Below are positions 24,101 through 33,600 of a stretch of DNA of 64,000 nucleotides, one piece after another; the first letter of the stretch is position 1, and every line of letters starts with the position of its first letter. This DNA comes from Mytilus trossulus (taxonomy: Eukaryota): assembly GCF_036588685.1 (NCBI RefSeq), contig NW_026963290.1:6076001-6140000 (forward strand), written 5' to 3'. The notes beneath the pieces are model-generated. The model did not search any database and was not told the DNA's origin. It saw only the letters and a program-made list of their open reading frames with translations. The translations under genes were made by a program, and so were the position numbers.

Positions 24101-26200
24101 CACAAACGACTCAACGTTAAAATTCAACACACACATAAACGAACAATAATATAACAATGGCCATCTTCCTGACTTGGTACAGGACACTTTTAAAGGGGAA
24201 TAAAAGTGTTGGGTTGAACCTGGTTTTGTGGCATGCCAAACCTCGGAAATCAGGTTCCATACTTTTAAAAGGCCACTTTATGAATCTTATGTTAAAATTC
24301 ATGTATGTTCCGTCTACCTGAGGCTATTCATATTCATGTTTCTGATTTATAAGTTGCACTTTTAGCACAAATGTGGACTTGGAAAATTAAAATCGGTTGA
24401 AACTTGGTTTTCTGGAGGGGTGGGCTTCACATATGTGTCTTACACAGGAAGCTCAGAGGCATAAAACTTACTTTTAAAATAGTGTAAACCCAAGCCCATA
24501 TCACTACTGATCGTTATTATTAGTGACATATGCATAGGAAACGACTACTTCCGATTTCAGGTTCTTTTAAAGTAAAAAATTCGCCAAATCGTGAAATTCC
24601 GTATTTTTGGTCCAAATGACCTTTTGTATTCTGCTGAACCAAGATCAGATTCACTCCCACCTAACAACTATTGGTGTCAATTTGTTAACTAGGGCCCACT
24701 CTACATGCCGGCTACAGCTGGATACCTTTACCAGCACCCGTAAGTCTTCTGGGTCAAGATAAAGGACGAAAAGTCGTCAAAATTGATGCTTTTTGCACCT
24801 GTTGAACAACTTTGGGGCATATTTTTGCAAATAACCGAAAATTATACATTTTCTGAAAACAATTCAGCATGGTAGGGGTTAAATGGTGAAAACATGTCGA
24901 AGAATTTTGTAATATTTTTGGACTTTAACCATGTTAACACATTTACTTTAACAGTTTAATATTATTTATTAAGTAATTGGACCCCTCTTTTAGAATACTT
25001 GTTTAAAATATTATGTATTTCTCCTCTTTTTGAGTAAAAAATTCTAAGTTTTCAAAGGTTTTTGCTACTATACAAATCTTTTGAATTTCCATTTTCTTTT
25101 CTACAATAGTAAAATGACCCCTTGTCAGAGGAAGGGTTGTTCCCAACCTTATACTAACAAACACAGGTCAAAGTACGGCCTTTTATACAGGGCTTTGATC
25201 CAGACAAAATAGCAAACTCTAAGGGACCATATAATTATTAGTATTCACAATTTGAACAGGAAAACCAACGATCTAATTTCTACTAAACGGGAAAATACCA
25301 ATGAACAACATCATGCACATCAACAAACGATAACTGCCGAATAACATACCCTGAATCAATCAGGACAGGTGCATACACATGCGGCGGCTACGGATATGTT
25401 TGTTTCGCCAGCATACAAAATAATTGCAGTTGAAGGCAAATCATTTAGAAGTTCTTTGTACTTTATTCTAACAACGACAACAACGAACATTTTTCAACAG
25501 GGAATATAAGTAAGAGGGAAAGAAATCAATTTTTTGTTCTGTAGGCTACAGGTATTTCCGCTGTTATATATTTATTTCGGAGCACGCCCACTTGGGATAA
25601 ATTGGTTTCATGCTGAAACAAAAATTCTCACAGATATTTACATGGTGTGTTTGGGTGCTTATAGGTTTAAAATCGTTATATACAGGTTAGACTGTGATTT
25701 TAAAAACAAATGTTGATATCTTTGTATAATATTTACAAAAAAAACGGTTCGGGAAATTTACATGATTACATTTCCGGATGCGGGGTTATAAAAAAAAAAA
25801 AACGGTTTTGAAAAAATAGGTGCGGGCGGGTCCGTCGAACAAGGTATCAAATTGGTGTGGCCTAAAGATGCAACTACCTCAGAAAAGTTTCAACTGATCG
25901 AGTTCCAAACCTTTGGAAAGAACGATATATACATTTTCAAACTGTATAGCGGATTTCCTGAATTTTCACCAACCTGCAAAATAATTATATATTTTATAAT
26001 TTTGTTAAATCGGTTAATTTACATAAACAAAGGTCGACAAGACTCTATGTAATGTGACGGCGAATACATCTTTCTAATACAATTTACTCAAAATTTGGCA
26101 AAGAAAGTTTAAGATTGTTAAATGTCATGTTATATATATTTCAGACGCTGTAAATAAAGTGTATGAAAACGCTTCAAAACAATGGACACAGGAAAACTGA
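6124..26200 (+). CDS. 18-exon immunoglobulin-superfamily type I membrane receptor (signal peptide, 5 Ig-like domains, TM, cytoplasmic tail with 4 ITAM-like motifs), ~746 aa
   Basis: Manual join 6124-6172, 8019-8330, 8861-9142, 12136-12435, 12850-13143, 14299-14640, 15731-15850, 17031-17049, 17505-17587, 18551-18575, 20051-20121, 20729-20753, 21019-21089, 21362-21386, 22083-22153, 22466-22490, 23105-23175, 26145-26200. Total 2241 nt, all introns GT-AG, phases compatible, no internal stop. Confidence 0.88.
8019..8330 (+). CDS. Exon 2, Ig domain 1 (V/I-set like)
   Basis: AVLQC...LKWYK...LHILNV...DKGIYIC motif; tttcatag acceptor; phase 1-1. Confidence 0.92.
8861..9142 (+). CDS. Exon 3, Ig domain 2 (C2-like)
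   Basis: EGHDLHIECVAVQGIPVP...NVSCIANS; phase 1-1, AG/GT bounded. Confidence 0.9.
9830..12015 (+). mobile_element. 5'-truncated, decayed Penelope-like retroelement (RT domain plus 3' non-coding region) in intron 3
   Basis: Frameshifted RT motifs: PADKAASN, SFDFSTLYTTLP, QVVGIPMGTNCAPLIADLFL, YRYLDV, TKIYDKRDDFSFPIVNFPFL, SYGVYISKLVRYARVC. The ORF ends at 11297 with no C-terminal GIY-YIG, which fits the Naiad/Chlamys arrangement (endonuclease N-terminal); that assignment is inferred. Confidence 0.85.
12136..12435 (+). CDS. Exon 4, Ig domain 3 (nephrin/sidestep-like C-type)
   Basis: ISCTSTGSRPAAAIWW...TVTSTLEY...IICTANN; GTAAGT donor; phase 1-1. Confidence 0.92.
12850..13143 (+). CDS. Exon 5, Ig domain 4
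   Basis: FPPDV...INCTAHGYP...KWKH...QDNGEYVCIVSNGI; phase 1-1. Confidence 0.92.
14299..14640 (+). CDS. Exon 6, membrane-proximal Ig-like domain 5 lacking cysteines
   Basis: QPVF...VYSVP...AWFNNG...SVLTINSLTNEDFTNYTLILENGIG; GTAAGA donor; phase 1-1. Confidence 0.9.
15131..15307 (+). mobile_element. tRNA-like (A box/B box) core enclosed by 34-bp inverted repeats, part of an insert within a (TA)n tract (~15025-15325)
   Basis: TGGTCTAGCGG and GGTTCGAATCC lie between arms 15131-15164 and 15274-15307 (33/34 complementary). Confidence 0.65.
15731..15850 (+). CDS. Exon 7, transmembrane helix and stop-transfer
   Basis: PLKPEPSSLGMIIGAVCGSLISGLVLLAVFVIVILKKRK; phase 1-1; GTTAGT donor. Confidence 0.92.
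17031..17587 (+). CDS. Exons 8 (17031-17049) and 9 (17505-17587): juxtamembrane module with a single tyrosine motif GYEEV
   Basis: GHQQCE-N-TVTFEKTDSDDHANGYEEVQNSRETQN; phases 1-2 then 2-1; donors GTAAGT and GTATGA. Confidence 0.75.
18551..20121 (+). CDS. ITAM module A1: exon 10 (18551-18575) and exon 11 (20051-20121)
   Basis: AQHVNRDL-S-HSRNYEKLGLKDAPNVYEDLTNK; 25 + 71 nt. Confidence 0.85.
18996..19173. mobile_element. Fold-back (hairpin) MITE
   Basis: Long imperfect palindrome, e.g. TATTGTATTTTAAGCTT...GATTTTACTGTCGCAAA / TTTGCGACAGTAAAATC...AAGCTTAAAATACAATA. Confidence 0.7.
20729..21089 (+). CDS. ITAM module A2: exon 12 (20729-20753) and exon 13 (21019-21089)
   Basis: ESKEIEGQ-S-TTRHYDALGKKEVPNVYDELNNE; 25 + 71 nt. 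Confidence 0.88.
21362..22153 (+). CDS. ITAM module A3: exon 14 (21362-21386) and exon 15 (22083-22153)
   Basis: AQYENRSQ-S-SRNHYEDLGQKNAAYVYDDLKSE; 25 + 71 nt. Confidence 0.88.
21500..21850 (+). mobile_element. Ancient Penelope-like RT relic in intron 14 (paralogous relic at ~33480-33810)
   Basis: Degenerate FEFDGLIFKQTVSFQMG and SVSYLDI...LKTKIYNKPDEFS, resembling the RT at 10500-10860. Confidence 0.6.
22466..23175 (+). CDS. ITAM module A4: exon 16 (22466-22490) and exon 17 (23105-23175)
   Basis: ACEETKAN-S-PTQHYEDLGVKSNQTVYDHLINE; 25 + 71 nt. Confidence 0.88.
22650..23005 (-). mobile_element. 3'-end fragment of a second Penelope-like family (related copies at ~29385-29735 and ~34259-34572 on -, and 46031-46408 on +)
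   Basis: Shared GATCTCAGGTG...GCAGATCCTGCTCCA block; reverse complement of the 46031-46408 copy. Confidence 0.65.
23490..25862. mobile_element. TIR element (Harbinger-like ends) with nested repeats, in intron 17 of tail A only
   Basis: GGCCACACCAATTT at 23490 and AAATTGGTGTGGCC|TAA ending at 25862; absent from the paralogous intron of tail B. Confidence 0.65.
26145..26200 (+). CDS. Exon 18, terminal coding exon of tail A: DAVNKVYENASKQWTQEN*
   Basis: tttcag acceptor, phase 1, TGA at 26198-26200; paralog at 36128. Confidence 0.8.
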
Positions 26201-26664
26201 TTTACTGAATATCATGTTCAAATGAAAATAGAATACTGACAATTTTCTAATGAAGTATTTTGTCAATTGACAACCAGTTAATATATTCGTATCATATGAC
26301 ATGAAATTCGTCATTGATGTCAGATGAAATGAGCAAAAAACCTACATTGCGAAATCCTTTACAAAAAACTACTATGGAAAGGACACGAAAACTTCTGGAC
26401 TACAACTGATAGTTTTCCACACTACGCATCAGTATTTACGTTTACGAAAGAATCATTTTTAGTAGATTGCTCCGAATGTGTCTGAATAATCAATACACAC
26501 ATCAAGTTTCATTTAGTAAGGCTGAAAGAAAGAAATATAACTTCATGTTTCATATGAATCGAAAAGTGAAAAAGTACAATTATATATATATATAATTTCA
26601 ATTTAACTGTAACTAAAATAGTAACAAGCTTACTTTGTTCACATGCCAGATGTATATTGCTTGA

Positions 26665-26670
26665 AATAAA
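26665..26670 (+). terminator. Candidate poly(A) signal of tail A
   Basis: AATAAA near the end of the 3' UTR homology block; the paralogous position in tail B is ATTAAA (36650-36655). Confidence 0.5.
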
Positions 26671-26831
26671 AGTTGGAAAGTTACTTATCTTGGAAAAAGA
26701 AATATAAAAAACAAAAAGAGACTTAGCAGTAAAGGTTAAACTTTACAAAGACAACACAAGGAAACTTTTATTCAGATGAAAAACGTCAGTACCTAGGACC
26801 ATCATGCATCAAATGTGAAATAGATACGAAC

Positions 26832-27243
26832 TAGGGTTGGCAACGAGTACTCGAGTGCTCGGGTACTCGATCGGAAGGTCGAGTAATTTTAAGTCCAATA
26901 TTGTTTGTTGACAAATTAATTAAAAAGTCATATCATAAAAAAACCTAACTCCCTAGGAACAGATGCTACATATATTGTCTACCTTGTCGGAAAATATTTT
27001 GATTTTATTTGAATTTGTTAATTCGGTAATTCATTGTTTAATTGACTAAAAAAAAACAGAGGAGCAAGCTATGTGTGTAGTACGTTTGTCTTATGTTTAT
27101 GAAAGGTAATAACAAAAAGACTGCATCACACCTAAAATCTAAACTTTTCAATAGACGTTGAAGATTCATCCGAGTACTGGCGAGTACTCGAGTATCTTGA
27201 CCTAGTATCCGAGTATTAAATCTCAGATTTTTTGACATCCCTA
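26832..27243. mobile_element. hAT-like MITE
   Basis: TAGGG...CCCTA ends with subterminal CGAGTACTCG repeats; the 8-bp TSD is only partially matched. Confidence 0.5.
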
Positions 27244-30200
27244 CAAAGAACATTTTAATCATCATCGTACAGAAATCGTCCCAAGAATTTTTCTATGAAA
27301 AGTACCGAAAATTCTCTGAAATAACCTTCTTGCTCACCAACGTTCTGCCCAGACACTGATAACGTTTTGTATAGTCTGAAAACAGAAACAAAAAAATTGA
27401 GAAACTAAAATCTAAAACTATAGTAAAGAAAACGAGATATTCAGCACAATGAACCTAACAAAGAGGTTTGCACGTACTCCTGAAGGGTCAACAGTTCCTG
27501 TTTCACTCGCATGATCTGTCGCATCTAACTTGTTCAATAACCAACATCCGATATCATATTGATATATAGTATAACAAACAGACTTAATCAAACTAATCCA
27601 ATAATATTTCATAAACAATTCTTGTAGTTATTGTCCATTTGATGTGGTTTATCATTTGCTTTTGCCATTTGAATAGGGACTTTCCGTTTTGAATTTTTCT
27701 TGGAGTTGAAGTTTTGTTGTGATTGTACTATTTTTTGGAGTATGCTTCTTTCAATCTACTTTCAATTTAATTTTAGATTTTTTTTTGCAATGGTTATGTA
27801 GTTACTTTACACGCTGGAACTTTATATACATGGTTAGGACTTAAATTCTTGAGATATGTCGGGCAGCTTGCAATCCTTTTTTTTGTGTCGATACATTATT
27901 GTTTTATACTAAAGATACAATACAAGTATGTTTACTGTTCTAAAATTTGAGAAAAAAATACAAATTATGTAATGAACAATTGATACATTAATTTAAGTAA
28001 TATTTCTTAATTATAAAAGATCTCAACATACAAAAAAATATGGACGTTTGTAATATAATGACATTGTCAGTTTGTCCTTGGTTTTTAAAGTTACGAATTT
28101 CCCTTGGTTTCTTTTGTCTTAAATCTTCAAATTTGTAATGTTATGTTTAAAGATTTAAGAGAAACCACCATTAGTCTCAGTTTTAAATATTGTCTATCCT
28201 CTCACAGGTCAGGAAGTAAAAACAGAAAAAAACATTCATAACAAGATGACAGGAAATGTCATTGTTTCGTTAAAAGAATATTAAGTGACGACAATAAATT
28301 TGTATATATTCATTTCTCTAAATAAAAACGATTGTTAAAATTTTCTTCCTGTTATCTTATTGACACTCTTGAATATCTTATTAAATACAATATTAAGTAT
28401 TTCAAGTGTTTACAAAACGATGTTAAAACTATTGTGTTTCTAATATTTTCTATAATGGTCTTTCCTTTACGAAAATGTCAATTGAAACAAGGAAAACAAT
28501 GATCATATAATTGAAAACTACGTTCAAACATATGATTGCATATATATATATAAATGAGACGACTTTTAATACCCACAGTAAACACGAACAATCATTGTTA
28601 CGACCATTTTTGTAAAAGAGGGATGCAAGATACCGAAGGGACAGTCAACTTTTCTGTTTATGTTACATTCAAATCATCCAAGACAAATTAAGTTTGTTGT
28701 AATCCTTTGCGTATTTGTTATCACAACTAAGGATTAATCACAGATCAAAGTACACGGCAGATATCATAATGTTTGTTTTTGTTTGTTGAGATGGGAATAT
28801 TTTATTCGAAAAAATATCACACATTCTAATTACTAGAGAAAAAAATACTGCTTACTTTTCGTTAAGGTGAACATCTTCCTGATAATAAATTAAATCATTT
28901 CGTTGTCTTTCGACGAATATTTTGTTTTGTTCTGCTATAAGAAGTAAATCATAGTTACCACTACTTTTATAACAAAAGGTCAAAGACCATTTGAGTTTTT
29001 ACTATTCATGTGGAATTTGTTTGTTATTTGGCAACGTTTAGTTGAAAATATGTAAATTAATGTGGAACAAGACAAACAAACTATCTTGGGCCTTTCAAGG
29101 GGAAGATTATGCATTTGTTAATTAATCAATCTGAAACATATGACATTCAAACTTACGACGGAATCAAATATTGGATACAATACAAAGAATGCTCTCTTCC
29201 TTACCTGAAATTTAATATACTACTGTTTCATCGGCATACTGTCATATTTCTTCTCGTTTATTTTTTTGTGGTATTAAAAAGTTCCTGTCTTTAACAATAT
29301 ACTTCACGAAATACATTGAAACAGAAGATATATTGGGACTTTATCATGTTTGGTACTTCTTTTGTTCTGTTTTAAATTGGCACCACCAGAGGGACATTCC
29401 TAGATCGAAAAAAAAAATGACAACTTCATGGCTGAAAAAGAAAAAGACAAACAGATAAACAATAGTACACACGACGAAAAATAGAAAACTTAAGACTAAG
29501 CAACATGAACCACACAAAAATGGGAGAGGGTGATCTCAGGTGTTCCAGAAGAGTGGGTAGATCCTGGATCCGTCGTGTTGCTCATATTATTAAAAACCCG
29601 GTAAAAAGTATAGTTCGGTAGGTCACAATTGTGAAAAGGGAACGGGATTGTCGTTAAGACATCATGACCATATCCGATATTATCTGTGAAACTGATATTC
29701 CATAACGGTCAACAAACTTGTGATGGCATCCGTAAATACTTGCAATTATTCTGCAGAAGCTTAGATTGCAACTTCTACGAAAAAATATGTACAAAAACCG
29801 CGTTTATGTAGCGACATGTATCAGTTATAATAACAAAAATATCATTTCCTCTAAATAAAATTCTTATCTTTTGTGGGTTGTCCTTTGTGGTCTCATATTC
29901 TTGGGAGTATTGTTGTATTTTGATTTATTATATGTGGAGGCATATTTGATTTTTTTAGGGTAACAGCGAAGCACATGTATCTAAAATGTGTGTTTCTATG
30001 TATGTTGCATTGTCGATTGGTTTTTACTACACTTCGATGTTCTGTTGATGCGTTGTTTTCCTCCAATAGTTGATGTGTTTTCCTCGGTTTTGTAACCTGT
30101 ATCGGAGTTCAGCATTTTAGTGATTTTACTTTATACCGCTGTTAAAAAGTCAGTAATCGATTGAGAGAAAACAAATCTGGGTTACAAACTTGAAATCAAG

Positions 30201-30657
30201 GGGAAAACACCAACTATAAAAAGAGGACAACAACGAAACAACAGAAAACACTGATTGATACAAAAACAAACGTCGAGCTTTAATGTTTCTATCTGTACCT
30301 TTCTGGTCCGGACAAATTCATCTTCATTTGATATAGAAATCTAAGATATATCACGGTTAAATTTAAAAATAGTTATGTGGCTATAAGAATTTGAGCAAGG
30401 CGAAATAATAAACAAATATCGAACCAAAGTCAACAGATGAGTGCAAACACTTAGAGAAAAAAAACTAAGATAAGAAGAACATCTTTCTCCCTAATTTGAA
30501 TTTAAGAATTATACATAAAACCCACATTGAACTTCAATACATGTGTTACATTTTTTATTCATTTATTTTCATATTTATGATATTCAGTCAATACAGAAGC
30601 ATATATTTGTACTACAGAAATGGAAACGTGTTGATATTTATTTTATTTATGTTACAG

Positions 30658-33600
30658 CCTTTCAAAGAATTATGAAAAACTTGGATTAAAAGATGACTCC
30701 AATGTTTATGAAGATTTGACTAATAAAGGTGATTTCACGTGTATCGCTATGAAATTTTTAATACAAATTATATCGTTTACAATTTTTTTTTAATAATAAA
30801 TACAATACAGAGGTTATTGTGATGGATAGATGAACAGATGACTGTTTAACGTCTAGTGGCAATTATAATGCATATCCAGGACCAGAATATGAATATGTAA
30901 TATTAAAAATAAGGCTCACTTAACCGAAACACTGAGCCGGATTATAACGTTCAATGTCACTCTAGCTTTTACGCCTGATTGCCGCGTGGTTTTCAACGAA
31001 TCAAATATCAATTCTAAAGGCTTAAGTCGTTTGAATCCACTGCACCAAAAATTTCGAGGCAATCACACTAACACGAAAACACTGAGGCAGTTATGTACCT
31101 TAGAGACAAGGCATTACTAAATTCATGTCTCGGGGCAGTTTCTCTCAAATTTCTAATGCGGTCTAGCACTTTTGAATAATCATTTTCAGCGCAAGCATTT
31201 AAAATGCTTTATTTCTTTTATTCAGTACGATTTGATCGTACATGACATATTGTAAACATTGACATATTTAGTTTTAGTTACATCTGCATTTGATGTAATT
31301 TCTTTCATTTTACAGACACAAAGGAAATCGGTGGTCAAAGGTAATTTCTATATTTTTTATTATCGCTATATGTAATGAAAGGACAGGTTTTTTGATACCT
31401 TTGAAATTTGTGTGAATAATTATTAACATGTTCTATCCAGTGCTTATTTAATGTTTTACCCCTTTTCCTTTGAATCATTTCTTTTTTTATATAAATGTAA
31501 TTAAAATAAAATAAGTACCAGTATATGACTATTAACAGCTGGAAAGATGTTTTTATTATATTCTGTATACTACACTCTATATTACAAAAATCTATTTTAT
31601 AGTCTTTTTTAAAATACATATTTTGTTTTTACAGCACAACAAGACATTATGATGCACTTGGACAGAGAGAGGCACCGAATGTTTATGACGAATTGACCAA
31701 TGAAGGTAAGGTGATTATATTTGCTTCAATGTCTGAAAAATTCAAACAATTAATAAGTTTGACTGAAGTTATGTTAAGGTAGCACAATACAAAGATTTTA
31801 TAACTCCAACTCCCAAGTTTTAAAACGCAGTAACTTTCTTAATAATGATTGAACATTTATAAAAGTGGTAGTTATGGATAGCTAACAGATTACTCTTTCA
31901 AAAAATTGCAATGTTAGTATGATGCAACAATTATGTAACCAATTATAATGTTATCTGTGTCTAAAATATTTTCCCTCAAATTTCCACTTTCAATTGAAAT
32001 TAGCTTCCTCATAGGTATTCCTATGTTCCTATGGTCATTACCTACAAAAGGGTGCTTTAGATTTCAGATAGAATATATAGAACAAATTTTACACCTAATT
32101 GAACATTATCTTCTTTTATGTGGTTAGGATGTTCACACTAATTAGAGATTTATGAGAGAATGAAATACCATAGGGACAATTTGAGACACCCTTATGAAGC
32201 CCATGATGTTTTGATAAAAATTTCGTTAAAATTTTCTGTATAGTTAAAGAGATGAAAGAGCTAAATTCGTTCAAGTGAACTTACCGAGATTTTGCCACTA
32301 GTTACATAATAATTGATTACATAATGATTGCATAATTAAAATATTGCATTCATTTAAAAGTTTAATCTTTTATCTATCTATATATACCTCTTTTATTATT
32401 TTGTATGCATTCATAAGAAAGTTGCAGCATTTTAAAGGTAAGTGATTGGAAGTAAACAAATCTTTGTATTGTGCTTCCTTAAACAACGCAAAACACAAAA
32501 AGGAAAGCAAAGCCGGACTTAGCACAATAAACTTTTGTATCTCTTAGATTAGCCAGAAAGATAATTTGTTAAAAAAAGGTCCATTGTTTTAAATAAAAAT
32601 GTCATAAATGATGATGCACAACAGCATGATATAACAGCGTAGTAATAGTTTGCACTGAAATATTAATTTTGTATATTTACAGCACAATATGAAAACAGAT
32701 GTCAAAGGTATTTAGACTTAATATGGAACTAAGATTTAATTTATTCAACAGGGAATTAACATAGAAATGTTTCACTTTGAGAAAAAAATCTTTTATAGTT
32801 TTAGTTGGGTCTTGTTGATAATATTTTGAAGGGGACATTAAGTTCTAAATAAAAAAATATATACTTATTAAACACGAAATATTCAAATTTTGAATACAAT
32901 ATTTTTGTGATGTCTCACTAAAGTATTTTCAGCATTGTATACCCCTACATCATGTACGAACAAGATATTAGTATTTTAGTTAACCAAAATTCGCATTTTA
33001 CTCTCTTTTGGTATATGAACATATGTTATTAACATGAACGAAGACAATGATAATCTCCTAACTTGATAGTAGACTGTCTCCTTTACTTCACACAAATTAA
33101 TATAAAGAACGATATATTTCAGGATGTTCAAGATTTCCGACATAACACCTGCCTTGGTAAAGATATTGAGATGCGTTATATTCTACCATCCGTTTCAAAC
33201 CCTAAATATTTATTGCAAAATCTTAAATCACTATTTGTTTTTCAGTTTCATCAATATTTTTAAAAACTGCTTTTTTTAAGCTTTACACTATTATTCCCTT
33301 TGAAAAAGTTAAAGATCACGTCCATTGTTACTTTTAACAGCTTTAAAATAAAAAAGGAACACTAGCTATCAATTTCATTTTCAGGTTAAATATTACTTGT
33401 TACAAACCGAACTGATTAACCTGAAAAATGAAACACACCGACGGTTGTATCTTGTGAAATGCTTGCCTTTTTATTTATCAAATTATTTGTTAAGTTCGGT
33501 CGATTGATCTTTAAGCATGCAGTCGTTATTCATATTGGTACCTATTGTACACCCCAGGTAGTCGATTTATATTTGTACAACTAGTAGGCAAATATAAAAA

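Noticed and set aside
6124-26200. Naming the receptor nephrin, kirre, sidestep, CD22/Siglec or IgR
   Set aside because: Ig motifs are generic, there is no FN3 domain, and orthology cannot be established without phylogeny, so no symbol is given.
29862-29963. Hydrophobic frame SYLLWVVLCGLIFLGVLLYF... as a private TM exon for tail B
   Set aside because: Bounded by stops, no ATG or convincing acceptor, and no similarity to exon 7; T-rich DNA yields such peptides by chance.
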